Assembly: GCA_963841905.1 (NCBI GenBank)
Contig: CAWJEM010000015.1
Location: 50,457 to 114,456 of the forward strand
Length of the DNA stretch: 64,000 nt
Direction: 5' to 3'
Origin: an uncultured Acidobacteriota bacterium
Lineage (GTDB): Bacteria > Acidobacteriota > Vicinamibacteria > Vicinamibacterales > UBA2999
Part shown: positions 16,488-26,505 of the stretch, one piece after another
Numbering within the stretch: position 1 is the stretch's first letter
How the letters are laid out: each line of letters opens with the position of its first letter
Notes under the pieces: generated by a model
Databases searched by the model: none
Seen by the model: the letters and a program-made list of their open reading frames with translations, nothing else
Told to the model about the DNA's origin: nothing
Program-made: the position numbers and the translations under genes

Positions 16488-19005
16488 ATGAATCGACTCG
16501 TCGTGTCGATGCTGGTGGTAGGAGTTGCGGCGCTTAGCGCCCAGTCTGCCGTTTCGCAGGCGCAGCGACCCTCGCCTCCTGCGACGGTCGCTCAGCCCAC
16601 CACGCCGTCTTCAAAACCCTCTGCATCACGGTCAGAAGCTCCCAAGTTGTCGTCGACACATCAGCCGTCTACCGATGCCCAGACGAGGGCTGCTGCACAG
16701 ACGGCTCTGGTCAAGCAGGTACTGCACGAGCTGTCACAACGATCGCACCAAGGCCGGCCAGCTCACGCTCGCCGCGTTCGATGCCTCCAAGGCCGCAGAC
16801 AGTGCGCCAATTGTCGAGAAAATGATTCGCAAGCTGCGCGCCGGGATGATGCCCCCGGCGGGTGCGAAGCGACCGGATGGGCCCGCGCTGACGACCCTTG
16901 CCGCCGCGCTCGAGACGCGCATCGATCGCGCGGCGGTGCTCGATCCCAATCCTGGGTTCCGTCCCTCGCAGCGGCTGAATCGTGCGGAGTACGCCAACGC
17001 GGTGCGCCAGCTGCTCGGGCTCGATATCGACGTCAACGCGTTTCTGCCGCCCGATACCCTGGCGCACGGCTTCGACAACATCTCAGAAGAGCAGGGGGTG
17101 TCGACCGCGGTGATGGAGGGCTACCTGCGCGCCGCCAGCGCGATCAGTCGTCTGGCCGTCGGCGATCGCAACGCGTCGCCGACCTCCACGATCTACAAGC
17201 TGCCACGCGACGGCACCCAGATGCGGCATGTGCGCGGCGCACCGGTTGGAACACGCGGCGGCGTCTCCGTCGTTCACATTTTCCCGGCCGACGGCGAGTA
17301 CGTCTTCAAGATGCTGCTGCACAGCGGTCCGACTGGCGATTTGTTCGGCGGCGCCACCCGCGGCGAGCAGATTGAGGTGTCGATCAACGGCCAGCGCGCG
17401 GCCGTGCTGACCATCAACCATCTGATGCGCGAGTCCGATCCGAACGGGCTCAACCTGCAGACGCCGCCCATCATGGTGAAGGCCGGCCCACAACGCGTGT
17501 CGGCTGCTTTCATCCAGACCGCCGACGGTCCGGTGGACGACCTCGTCGCCCCCATCGAGCACACGCTGGCGGACACGAACATCGGCGAAACCTTTGGCGT
17601 GACCGCGCTTCCGCACCTGCGGGAGTTTGCGGTGACGGGACCCCAGAAGGTCATCGGCGTTTCAGACACGCTCAGCCGTCGGCGCATCTTTTCCTGCCGG
17701 CCAACGACGGCGCAGGAGGAGACGGCCTGTGCGAACGAGATCATCAAGCGTCTGGCGCTGCAGGCGTATCGCGGCACGGCGACCGGTGACGACCTGTCGG
17801 ATCTGAGTCGTTTCTATCAGCAAGGACGGAAGGACGGCGACTTCGAAGCCGGCATTCGCCTGGCGCTGCAGGCCATCCTGGCCAATCCGCGGTTCGTGTT
17901 CCGTCTCGAGCAGGCGCCGCCGACGCTGCGCGCGGGGCAGACCTACCGGATTACCGACCTCGATCTCGCGTCGCGCTTGTCGTTCTTCCTCTGGGGCACC
18001 GTGCCCGACGAAGAATTGGTCAGGGCCGCGACCAGCGGCGGGCTGCGAACGCCGGCCGGGCTCGATCGTCAGGTCCGTCGGATGCTCGAGGATTCACGGT
18101 CCGAAGCTGTGGCCACTCGATTTGGCGCGCAGTGGCTCCGGCTGCAGGACATCAAGAAGAACCGGCCGGATCCGCTGCTCTACCCACAGTGGGACGACAC
18201 TCTCGCCGATGCCTTCAAGCGCGAGACCGAGCTGTTTTTCGACAGCATCGTCCGCGACGATCGCAATGTGCTCGATCTCCTGACGGCGGATTACACGTTT
18301 GCCAACGAACGGATTGCCAAGCACTACGGCATTCCCAACGTGATGGGCAATCAGTTCCGTCGTGTAGCGCTGCCGGACGAGTCGCGTCGCGGCATCCTCG
18401 GGCACGGCAGCGTGTTGCAGCTCACGTCAGTGGCCGATCGCACGTCGCCTGTGCTGCGGGGCAAGTGGGTGATGGAAGTGCTCCTGGGGACGCCGCCGCC
18501 ACCTCCGCCGCCGGGTGTGCCCGACTTCGAGGAGACCAAGGGGGTCAAGGATGCTCGCACGCTGTCGGTGCGCGAGCGCATGGAGCAGCATCGCGCCAAC
18601 CCGTCGTGCAACTCGTGTCACCGCGTGATCGATCCGCTCGGCCTGGCGCTCGAGAACTTCGATCCTTCGGGCAAGTGGCGGATCAAAGACAACGGCGTCG
18701 TCGTCGATCCGACCGGGGTGATGTACGACGGTACCAGACTCAATGGCCCGGCGGATCTGCGTCAGGCGCTCATGAAGCACTCGGACGCGATTCTCTCGAG
18801 CTTCACCGAGAGCCTGATGACGTACGCGCTCGGCCGTCCGATTGAGTACTACGACATGCCGACCATCCGCGCGATCGTCCGCGACGCGGGCAAGAACGGC
18901 AATCGGATGTCTTCGTTCATCACTGGGGTCGTGAACAGCAGCGCATTTCGAATGGCGCGGGCGTCGGCGGTCGAAACGACAGCCGCCTCGCAGCAGGGAC
19001 AGTAG
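16488..19005 (+). pseudogene. DUF1592-type cytochrome-c-motif protein (module 3), frame broken by one extra base at 16719
   Basis: MNRLVVSMLVVGVAALSAQSAVSQA...AAQTALVKQ lies in the frame of ORF 16455..17375. YCTSCHNDRTKAGQLTLAAF...MIRKLRAGMMPPAG...NPSCNSCHRVIDPLG lies in the frame of ORF 16525..19005. The junction reads AAG CAG g TAC TGC ACG AGC TGT CAC. Confidence 0.8.
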
Positions 19006-19140
19006 GCACGGAAGCAACGACGCACGGCACGGGCTTACAGCGGCACAGAACACGGGAAGCACCTCAGGCACCCAAGCACTGCGATGCACTGAGGCACCCG
19101 CACCCAGGCACGACAGGCACGTTAGGCACAGAAGGCACCT
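19004..19140 (+). repeat. strand-asymmetric GGCAC array (9x GGCAC)
   Basis: AGGCACGGAAGCAACGACGCACGGCACGGG...CAGGCACGACAGGCACGTTAGGCACAGAAGGCACC. There is no GTGCC in the array. It ends in GGCACCTTAGGAG just before the DUF1552 ATG, as in module 1. Confidence 0.8.
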
Positions 19141-19151
19141 TAGGAGCAGCG

Positions 19152-20558
19152 ATGTTTATCAGCCAAAAACACCTTTCCCGACGCACGGTGTTGCGCGGCT
19201 TGGGCGTGACGATGGCCCTTCCGTTCCTCGAGGCCATGGTGCCGGCGCGGCGCGCGCTGGCGAAGACCACGGCTGGAAAGGTCAGGCTGGCCGCGATTGA
19301 GATGGTGCACGGCTCGGCCGGTGCCACCGCGATTGGGCTGCAGAAGAACATGTGGTCACCGGCGGCCGTGGGTCGTAACTTCGACCTCACACCGACCAGC
19401 CTCACGCCGCTCGAGCCGTGGCGCGACTACGTCACCATCGTCAGCAACACTGACGTGAGGAATGCCGAAGCGTTCGAGACGCCGGAGATTGGCGGCGATC
19501 ACTTCCGCTCGAGCGCGGTGTTTCTCACCCAGGCGCACCCTCGTCAGACGAAGGGATCCAACGTCTTCGTCGGCAAGTCGATGGATCAGTTCTACGCGCA
19601 GCGTTTCGGGCAGGAGACGGCGATTCCGTCGATGCAGTTGTGCATTGAGGCCGTCGATCAGGCGGGCGGCTGCTCCTATGGATACTCGTGCGTCTACACC
19701 GACACCGTCAGCTGGGCGTCCGAGACGCAGCCGTTGCCGATGATTCGCGATCCGCGGTTCGCCTTCGACCAGTTGTTTGGCGTGGGCGCGACCCCGCAGG
19801 AACGGGCCGAGCGTCGCCGCGAGGATCAGAGCATCCTCGATTCAATCAGCGCAGCGGCTGGACGGCTCCGCAACACGCTGGGTGCCGCCGATCGCGCCCG
19901 GCTCGCCGCCTATTTGGACGAAGTGCGCGAGGTCGAGCGCAGAATCCAGTTGGTCGAAGCGCGCAACAACAGCGGCGTGGAACGCGAACTGCCGGGGGCT
20001 CCGGCGGGCGTGCCCGATTCGTTCTCCGAGCACATCAAGCTGATGTTCGACCTGCAGGCGCTGGCCTTCGCGGGCGACACGACGCGGGTGTTCTCGTTCA
20101 AGCTTGGACGCGACGCGTCGAGCCGTTCCTACCCGGAGAGCGGGACGAAGAGCGCGTTCCACCCGGCGTCACATCACGGCGAGCGCGAGGATCGCATTGT
20201 CGACTTCGCGAAGATCAACACCTACCACGTCAGCATGGTGCCGTACTTCCTCGACAAGCTGCGCAACACGCCCGATGGCGACAGCAACCTGCTCGAGAAC
20301 ACGCTCGTCATTTACGGCTCGCCGATGGGCAACTCGAACGTGCACAACCACAAGCGCTGCCCGTTGTTCCTGGCGGGGCGTGCCGGCGGCCATCTCAAGG
20401 GCGGCTTGCACTTGAAAGCACCCGATGGCACGCCGATGGCCAATGTCTTCCTGACCTTGATGCACAAGCTCGGGTTGGATGACGTCGACAAGTTTGGGGA
20501 CAGCACGGGTGAGTTCAATCTCACGAGCGTGACTGAGACCACCGAGGTTCGTTCGTAG
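19152..20558 (+). CDS. DUF1552 protein with twin-arginine leader (module 3)
   Basis: MFISQKHLSRRTVLRGLGVTMALPFLEAM, FHPASHHGEREDR, GSPMGNSNVHNHKRCPLF. Confidence 0.9.
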   Translation: MFISQKHLSRRTVLRGLGVTMALPFLEAMVPARRALAKTTAGKVRLAAIEMVHGSAGATAIGLQKNMWSPAAVGRNFDLTPTSLTPLEPWRDYVTIVSNTDVRNAEAFETPEIGGDHFRSSAVFLTQAHPRQTKGSNVFVGKSMDQFYAQRFGQETAIPSMQLCIEAVDQAGGCSYGYSCVYTDTVSWASETQPLPMIRDPRFAFDQLFGVGATPQERAERRREDQSILDSISAAAGRLRNTLGAADRARLAAYLDEVREVERRIQLVEARNNSGVERELPGAPAGVPDSFSEHIKLMFDLQALAFAGDTTRVFSFKLGRDASSRSYPESGTKSAFHPASHHGEREDRIVDFAKINTYHVSMVPYFLDKLRNTPDGDSNLLENTLVIYGSPMGNSNVHNHKRCPLFLAGRAGGHLKGGLHLKAPDGTPMANVFLTLMHKLGLDDVDKFGDSTGEFNLTSVTETTEVRS

Positions 20559-20608
20559 CTCCAGGCCTCGCTGGTGCCGAGAGCTCTACCTCGCCAGGGA
20601 AACGTGCG

Positions 20609-22360
20609 ATGAAACGTCTTACGAGTGCCGCTCGATTGAGTGTCGTCGGGGCCATAGGCCTCACGGCCGTCCTCTCCGCGCAGGGCGCGTCCCAAGTGGC
20701 CGATTCGGCGATGGCCAAGGACGCGACCGCGGTTCGCGCGCTGTTGAAGCAGGGCGCGGACGTCAATGCTGCTCAGGGCGACGGCATGACCGCCCTCCAT
20801 TGGGCCGCGATGAACGGTGACCTCGAGCTGGCGCAGATGCTGATGTACGCGGGCGCCAATCCGCGAGCTGGGACACGGCTCAACGGCTATACGCCATTGT
20901 TTCTTGCGAGTCGCGAGGGTCAGGCGTCAATCGTCGAGGCATTGCTGAAGGCGGGTGCCGAAGCCGATGCGCGCTCCTCGACCGGCTCGACCCCGCTCAT
21001 GTTGGCGGCAGCATCCGGGAACGTCGAGGCCGTCGGGCGGCTGCTCGATGCGGGCGCCGATCCAAAGATCAGGGAGACCGCACGCGGACAAACCGCGCTC
21101 ATGTTCGCCGCGGCTTACAACCGCGTCGGCGCGGTTGAGCTCCTGGCCAGGCGCGGTGCCGACGTGAGCGCGACCAGCAAAGTCGTCGACTTGTTCGAGC
21201 TGACGCGAGAAGAAGCCGCCGCACCAGCCGCACCTGCCGGCACTGGTGGTGGCGCTGGCGGCGGTGGGCAGCGAGCAGGCGGACAAGCCGGCCCGGGTGG
21301 ACCGGGCGGCACGCGACCAGCGGCGGACGCGCCCAAGCGTCCGCAGATTCCGGGTCTCGACCGCGGCTACAACTACACCGAGCTGATCGCCTACCAGGGC
21401 GGGATGACGGCGCTGATGTTCGCGGCGCGCGAAGGTCACATCGAGACCGCCAGGGCACTGCTGGACGCGGGCGCGAACGTGGACCAGGCGCGCGTGGGCG
21501 ACCAGACGACCCCGTTGCTGATGGCGACGATCAATGGTCACTTCGATCTGGCGAAGTACCTCCTCGATCGCGGCGCCGATGCGACGCTGGCGGGCGAGAA
21601 CGGCGCCACGCCGCTCTACGCCGCACTCAATTGCGTGTGGGCGCAGAAGTCCAACTATCCACAGCCGCGTGCGTTTGCACAGCAGACGCTCACATACCTC
21701 GATCTCATGTCCGCACTGCTCGACAAAGGGGCCGATCCCAACGTGCGGCTGAAGAAGAAGATCTGGTACTCGGGCTACAACTCGGACCTGTCAGGGGTGG
21801 ACGAGACCGGCGCCACACCGTTCTGGCGTGCCGCCTACGCGAGCGATATCGATGCCATGAAGCTGCTGGTGGCTCGTGGAGCGGATGCCAAGCTGCCCAC
21901 CGTCAAACCCGCGGGCCGTCCGCCGTTTGGCGATTCCCCGCGCGAGGTCAAAGACGTGTCCGGGCTTCCGCCCGTGCCCGTGGGTGGTTCTTCCGTGACA
22001 CCCCTGATGGCTGCCACAGGCGTTGGCTACGCCGAAGGGTTCGCAGCCAACTCCCACAAGATCCATCCCGCTGGCTGGATGCCGGCGGTGAAATACCTGG
22101 TTGAAGAGCTTGCCTCAGACGTCAATGCCAAGGACCATGAGGGAAACACCGCGCTGCACAATGCCGCCGCGCGCGGCGACCTCGAGATGATTCTGTATCT
22201 CGTCTCCAAGGGAGCGGATGTCAAGGCCGTCAACCGCGAGGGCCAGACGACCGCGGACATGGCCAACGGGCCGGTGCAGCGAACGCAGCCGTATCCCGAA
22301 GCCGTCGAGCTGTTGGTAAAACTCGGCGCGAAGAACAACAATAAGTGTGTTTCGTGTTAG
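20609..22360 (+). CDS. secreted ankyrin-repeat protein with Gly/Pro/Ala-rich linker (module 3)
   Basis: Signal peptide MKRLTSAARLSVVGAIGLTAVLSAQGA. Ankyrin units (GMTALHWAAMNGDLELAQMLMYAGAN...). Linker AAPAAPAGTGGGAGGGGQRAGGQAGPGGPGG. Same C-terminal KLGAKNNNKCVSC as the 8956..10836 copy. Confidence 0.9.
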   Translation: MKRLTSAARLSVVGAIGLTAVLSAQGASQVADSAMAKDATAVRALLKQGADVNAAQGDGMTALHWAAMNGDLELAQMLMYAGANPRAGTRLNGYTPLFLASREGQASIVEALLKAGAEADARSSTGSTPLMLAAASGNVEAVGRLLDAGADPKIRETARGQTALMFAAAYNRVGAVELLARRGADVSATSKVVDLFELTREEAAAPAAPAGTGGGAGGGGQRAGGQAGPGGPGGTRPAADAPKRPQIPGLDRGYNYTELIAYQGGMTALMFAAREGHIETARALLDAGANVDQARVGDQTTPLLMATINGHFDLAKYLLDRGADATLAGENGATPLYAALNCVWAQKSNYPQPRAFAQQTLTYLDLMSALLDKGADPNVRLKKKIWYSGYNSDLSGVDETGATPFWRAAYASDIDAMKLLVARGADAKLPTVKPAGRPPFGDSPREVKDVSGLPPVPVGGSSVTPLMAATGVGYAEGFAANSHKIHPAGWMPAVKYLVEELASDVNAKDHEGNTALHNAAARGDLEMILYLVSKGADVKAVNREGQTTADMANGPVQRTQPYPEAVELLVKLGAKNNNKCVSC

Positions 22361-22430
22361 GTGGGCTCCACCCCTACCCACCCGACCGACCCGATCAACC
22401 AGACCAACCAGACTGATGAGGAGAGGCACG

Positions 22431-22973
22431 ATGCGACGTTGGACGACTGTCTTCTCGACCGCGCTTGTGTTCGCGATGTTCGGCGTAATGCTTGCGGCTC
22501 AGAAGACCACCGAAGTTCATCCCGGCAAGGGCGGAAGCCCGCATGTAAAGACCGCGTGGGTCATCGATGGCGCCAACATCTCGGTTGAATACGGTCGCCC
22601 CTCCCTGAAGGGGCGCGAGGAAGCGAAGATGATGCCCGTCGGACAGGTATGGCGGATGGGGGCAGACGAGCAGACCACGCTCGTCACCGACAAGCCGCTC
22701 AAGTTCGGCACGCTGGCGGTTCCGGCCGGCACCTACGGACTGCACGCGATGGTCAACGACAAGGACTGGCAGCTCGTGGTCAGCAAGCGGCCAAAGGGCT
22801 GGGGCATTCCGTATCCTGAAGGACAAGATCTGGGTCGCGCGCCGATGAAGCTGGGCAAGACCGCCAAGCCGGTCGACCCGTTGACGATCTCTATCGACGA
22901 CACGGCGACCGGCGGCGTCCTTCGGGTTGAGTGGGGCACGCAGAGCGCCACGATTCCGTTCACGGTCGGGTAG
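22431..22973 (+). CDS. DUF2911-like secreted protein
   Basis: ATG 22431 is preceded by GAGGAGAGG. MRRWTTVFSTALVFAMFGVMLAAQ signal peptide. ISVEYGRPSLKGRE, VWRMGADEQTTL, GTYGLH. Family from memory. Confidence 0.7.
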   Translation: MRRWTTVFSTALVFAMFGVMLAAQKTTEVHPGKGGSPHVKTAWVIDGANISVEYGRPSLKGREEAKMMPVGQVWRMGADEQTTLVTDKPLKFGTLAVPAGTYGLHAMVNDKDWQLVVSKRPKGWGIPYPEGQDLGRAPMKLGKTAKPVDPLTISIDDTATGGVLRVEWGTQSATIPFTVG

Positions 22974-23063
22974 TTCTCGTTTCTTGTGCTCGGTCGCGGT
23001 GCGGGCGCCAAGGCGCCTGCATCGCGCCGATCTGCTCCGTCATCCCTTCGCTTCGCGTACCAA

Positions 23064-25355
23064 ATGCATCGAGTCCTTGTCTGCTCGCTCGTCCTCGCGT
23101 TCGTTTCCGCGCCCGCCGTCGGGCTGGCACAAAGCCAGGAAAACGGTCCCAGTCCCTCAATCGTGATCGACGGATCGCCCGCGCCGGAGGCACCGGAGAC
23201 GATTACGCGCGATGCACGTGGGCGAGCCACCGTTCGCGCCATCAAACTCACCGAGCCGCTGCGGCTCGACGGCAAGCTCGATGAGGAGGTCTATCAGACC
23301 ACCAAGCCCTTCGGCGGCATGCTGCAGGTCGTGCCGAAGTACGGCGAGCAATCCACCGAGCGGTCCGACATCTGGGTGACCTACGACCAGGACAACATCT
23401 ACGTCACGTGTCGCTGCTGGGACGCGGCTCCACCCGAGCGGTGGATTGCGAACGAGCTGCGGCGTGACACCAATCAGTTACGTCAGAACGATCACTTCGG
23501 CGTGATGTTCGACACTTTCTACGATCGGCGCAGCGGCTTCATGTTCTACACCAACCCGTTGGGTGCGCTCGCCGACTATTCCGTCGTCGATGAAGGGCAG
23601 TCGAACACCGACTGGAATCCGGTCTGGAGCTCGCACACCGGCACCTTCGAGGGCGGGTGGACGGTTGAAATGGCCATCCCGTTCAAGACGCTGCGCTACC
23701 GGTCTGGCCTCAATCAGGTGTGGGGCATTCAGCTGCGACGGGCGATTCGCCACAAGAACGAGTGGACCTACCTGACGCCGGTCCCACAGAACATGGCCGG
23801 CCCGCAGGCGCTCAATCGCGTGTCGTCGGCCGGCACGTTGGTCGGCCTCGACTTACCGCCGGCGAGCAAGAACTTCGAGGTCAAGCCGTATGCCATCTCA
23901 CGGCTCTCCACCGACAACTTGCGAGCCGTGCCGATCGAGAACGACTTGGATGGCGACATTGGCGGCGATGTGAAGTACGGTGTGACGGCCAACCTCACGG
24001 CGGACTTCACGTTCAACACCGACTTCGCCCAGGTCGAGATCGACGAACAGCAGGTCAACCTCACGCGGTTCAGCCTCTTCTTCCCCGAGAAGCGTGACTT
24101 CTTTCTCGAAGGCCGCGGCATGTTCGATTTCGCCCGCGGCGGCGCCGGCGCGCAGATGGGGCCCGTCCAGGCGACCGATACGCCGACCATGTTCTACAGC
24201 CGCCGTATCGGGCTCAACGCCAACCGCGTGATCCCGATCGTGGCCGGTGGGCGCCTCACCGGTAAGGTTGGTGACTTCGGGCTGGGCGTCATGAACATTC
24301 AAACCGGCGACGAGGAGGTGTCGAGGACCGAGGACACCAACTTCACGGTCGTTCGTGTCAAGCGCGACATCTTGCGTCGGAGCACCGTCGGCGGCATGTT
24401 CACGAACCGGTCGGTGTCGACGGTTGCTCCGGGGTCGAATCAGGCGTACGGCGTGGATGCGGCGCTCGCCTTCTATCAGAACGTCAATATCGGCGCGTAC
24501 TGGGCGAGGACGCAGACCGAGGGCCAGGACGGAGATGACGACAGCTACCAGGCCAAGTTCGACTACCTTGCCGATCGATATGGCGCGCGCGCGGAATACC
24601 TGAAGGTTGGCGACAATTTCAATCCCGAGGTCGGCTTCCTTCGTCGTGATGATTTGAAGCGATCGTACGGACAGTTGCGCTTCAGCCCCCGGCCCACGAA
24701 CATCCGCAGCGTACGCAAGTTCACCTACGAGGCTGGCATCGAGTACCTGGTCAACGGTGGCGGCGACCTCGAGACCCGTCAGTTATCGGGGCGGTTCAAC
24801 ACCGAGTTCGAGAACAGCGATAACTTCACCGTCGAGGTCAACGACAACTATGAACTGGTGCTCCTGCCGTTCACGCCGATTCCGGGCGCGGTGATCAGGC
24901 CGGGAGGTTACGATTTCAACGACGTGACGGTGTCCTACACGATGGGCACGCAGCGCCCGGTCTCGGGCACGGTGTCGGTGCTTCGCGGCGGCTACTACGG
25001 CGGCGACATCACGACGGTCGCGTTCGGCAGCGGACGTGTCACGGTGACCAAACGGTTCTCGCTCGAGCCGCGCATGTCGATCAATCGCGTCGAGCTGGAC
25101 ACCGGAACGTTCACGACCAAGCTGTTCGGGTCGCGCGTCGACTACGGCTTCTCCCCACGGATGTTTGTCAGCGCCCTGCTGCAATACAACTCCGCGGACC
25201 GCACCTTCAGCAGCAACCTGCGCTACCGCTGGGAGTATCGGCCCGGCAGCGAGTTCTTCGTGGTCTGGACCGACGAGCAGGACACGCGCCCGAACGGCAT
25301 CGGCCTGAGGAATCGCGCGTTCGTGCTGAAGCTCACGCGGTTGCTGAGATTCTGA
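23064..25355 (+). CDS. large secreted/outer-membrane protein, CBM9-like N-terminus plus DUF5916-like beta-rich C-terminus
   Basis: ATG 23064 (MHRVLVCSLVLAFVSAPAVGLAQ). LDGKLDEEVY, NDHFGVMFDTFYDRRSGFMFYTNPLG, GWTVEMAIPFKTLRY, C-terminal ...FVLKLTRLLRF. Family from memory. Confidence 0.7.
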   Translation: MHRVLVCSLVLAFVSAPAVGLAQSQENGPSPSIVIDGSPAPEAPETITRDARGRATVRAIKLTEPLRLDGKLDEEVYQTTKPFGGMLQVVPKYGEQSTERSDIWVTYDQDNIYVTCRCWDAAPPERWIANELRRDTNQLRQNDHFGVMFDTFYDRRSGFMFYTNPLGALADYSVVDEGQSNTDWNPVWSSHTGTFEGGWTVEMAIPFKTLRYRSGLNQVWGIQLRRAIRHKNEWTYLTPVPQNMAGPQALNRVSSAGTLVGLDLPPASKNFEVKPYAISRLSTDNLRAVPIENDLDGDIGGDVKYGVTANLTADFTFNTDFAQVEIDEQQVNLTRFSLFFPEKRDFFLEGRGMFDFARGGAGAQMGPVQATDTPTMFYSRRIGLNANRVIPIVAGGRLTGKVGDFGLGVMNIQTGDEEVSRTEDTNFTVVRVKRDILRRSTVGGMFTNRSVSTVAPGSNQAYGVDAALAFYQNVNIGAYWARTQTEGQDGDDDSYQAKFDYLADRYGARAEYLKVGDNFNPEVGFLRRDDLKRSYGQLRFSPRPTNIRSVRKFTYEAGIEYLVNGGGDLETRQLSGRFNTEFENSDNFTVEVNDNYELVLLPFTPIPGAVIRPGGYDFNDVTVSYTMGTQRPVSGTVSVLRGGYYGGDITTVAFGSGRVTVTKRFSLEPRMSINRVELDTGTFTTKLFGSRVDYGFSPRMFVSALLQYNSADRTFSSNLRYRWEYRPGSEFFVVWTDEQDTRPNGIGLRNRAFVLKLTRLLRF

Positions 25356-25441
25356 AGGGCGTAGGGCCTAGGGCATAGGGCACAGGGAGGGATCAGGGAT
25401 CCCTTTGCCCTTCCTATGCCCTAAGCCCTATGCCCTAGGCC
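25356..25441. repeat. inverted repeat of AGGGC[AG]T-type words centred on AGGGATCCCT
   Basis: AGGGCGTAGGGCCTAGGGCATAGGGCACAGGGAGGGATCAGGGATCCCTTTGCCCTTCCTATGCCCTAAGCCCTATGCCCTAGGCCCTA. Lies exactly between two convergent stop codons (25355 and 25442). Confidence 0.85.
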
Positions 25442-26461
25442 CTATCGAGTAGTTGCACCCAACTGCTGATCGATGTCGGTGAGTGGCTGGTTGAAGCCCA
25501 ACGCTTTCAGCGTTCGAAGATTTACGCTGCCCGTGGCGTCGAGCTTCTGCGCTTCCTGAAACTTCTTGAGCTCTGCCGAGAGCTGATCGGACCATTTGCC
25601 GTCGAGAACGACGGCCTTGTGTCCACGCTGCTGGAGCGAGAGCTGGATCTGTCGAATACCCGCCGGCCCGATGAACACTGGCGTGCCTGTGAAGACGAGC
25701 GCCTTGTCGGCGAGAATCTGCGCCACGCTGTCGGTCGGCAACTTGCCGGGTTTCGGATCGATCAGCGATGAGGTGAGGCCGAGCGTGTGAATGATGCGGA
25801 GATCCAGCGTCGAGGTGATCTCCAGCCCTTTGGCCTTTTGAAACGCGCGCGCGGCCGCCTCCGAGCCAGCCATCCAGATGCCGAAGACGTTGTCCGTTGG
25901 ATACCCGGCCTCGGTCAGCTTGTTCTGCAGCACGCGTGTCGTACGAGGGCTCAATGAGAATGGCGCGCCCCCGCTGCTCGCGGCTTGTGCGGTCACGGGT
26001 GCATCAGCGCCCGGAGGAATTTCGCCTCGTAGCACCTGCGGCATCTCCAGCGCCAGCAATGTCAGTTCGTCCAGATCCCCGCCCGGATCGAGGCCCATCT
26101 TTTCCTGGAACTTGGCGAGCGCGGCCGCGGAATTCTCGCCCCAGGCGCCCGAGACCGTTGGCACGGGGTAGCCGAGCGTCAACAGCTTTTGTTGAATGTG
26201 CTGCACGATGCCCGGGCTGATATACAAGGGCGCGCCCGAGGGTGGCGGAGGCTCTGCGGGTTTGGCGGGAGTCTGATTGCCGCCGGCGGTTTGATTGCCC
26301 GGGGCACGAGGCGCTTGATTGCCAGCAGGCGGCTGCGTCGCTTGTGGCCGCGCCGGCGGCTGATTCTGACGTGACAGCGCCGGCCGTCGAGGCCCGCAAG
26401 ACACCAGGCCGATTGCCAGCAGGATGACCGCCGCGGCCTTTCCGACATCCCCGTGACTCAT
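25442..26461 (-). CDS. lipoprotein with repeated peptidoglycan-binding (PGB_1-like) domains
   Basis: Lipobox LLAIGLVSC. Pro/Gln-rich linker. Four repeats of the pattern ..Q..L...GY......G.WG..S..A...FQ...GL..TG.L...TL..L. Confidence 0.8.
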   Translation of the reverse strand: MSHGDVGKAAAVILLAIGLVSCGPRRPALSRQNQPPARPQATQPPAGNQAPRAPGNQTAGGNQTPAKPAEPPPPSGAPLYISPGIVQHIQQKLLTLGYPVPTVSGAWGENSAAALAKFQEKMGLDPGGDLDELTLLALEMPQVLRGEIPPGADAPVTAQAASSGGAPFSLSPRTTRVLQNKLTEAGYPTDNVFGIWMAGSEAAARAFQKAKGLEITSTLDLRIIHTLGLTSSLIDPKPGKLPTDSVAQILADKALVFTGTPVFIGPAGIRQIQLSLQQRGHKAVVLDGKWSDQLSAELKKFQEAQKLDATGSVNLRTLKALGFNQPLTDIDQQLGATTR

Positions 26462-26505
26462 GACAAAAGTCTATCGCATGCGTGCGGCGGCATCGTGGTT
26501 CCGAT

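Noticed and set aside
11151-16737. Programmed +1 ribosomal frameshifting (prfB-like) at the two DUF1592 breaks
   Set aside because: There is no slippery or hungry-codon context (no CUU UGA-type site, no in-frame stop at the shift, no upstream SD-like stimulator) and the two sites differ in sequence. It is kept only as a low-probability alternative within the finding. Assembly error or pseudogenisation is more parsimonious.
4861-22360. Triplicated module as a mobile element or genomic island
   Set aside because: There is no transposase, integrase, tRNA target, terminal inverted repeat or direct-repeat boundary. The copies have diverged substantially at synonymous sites, so this is old tandem gene amplification rather than transposition.
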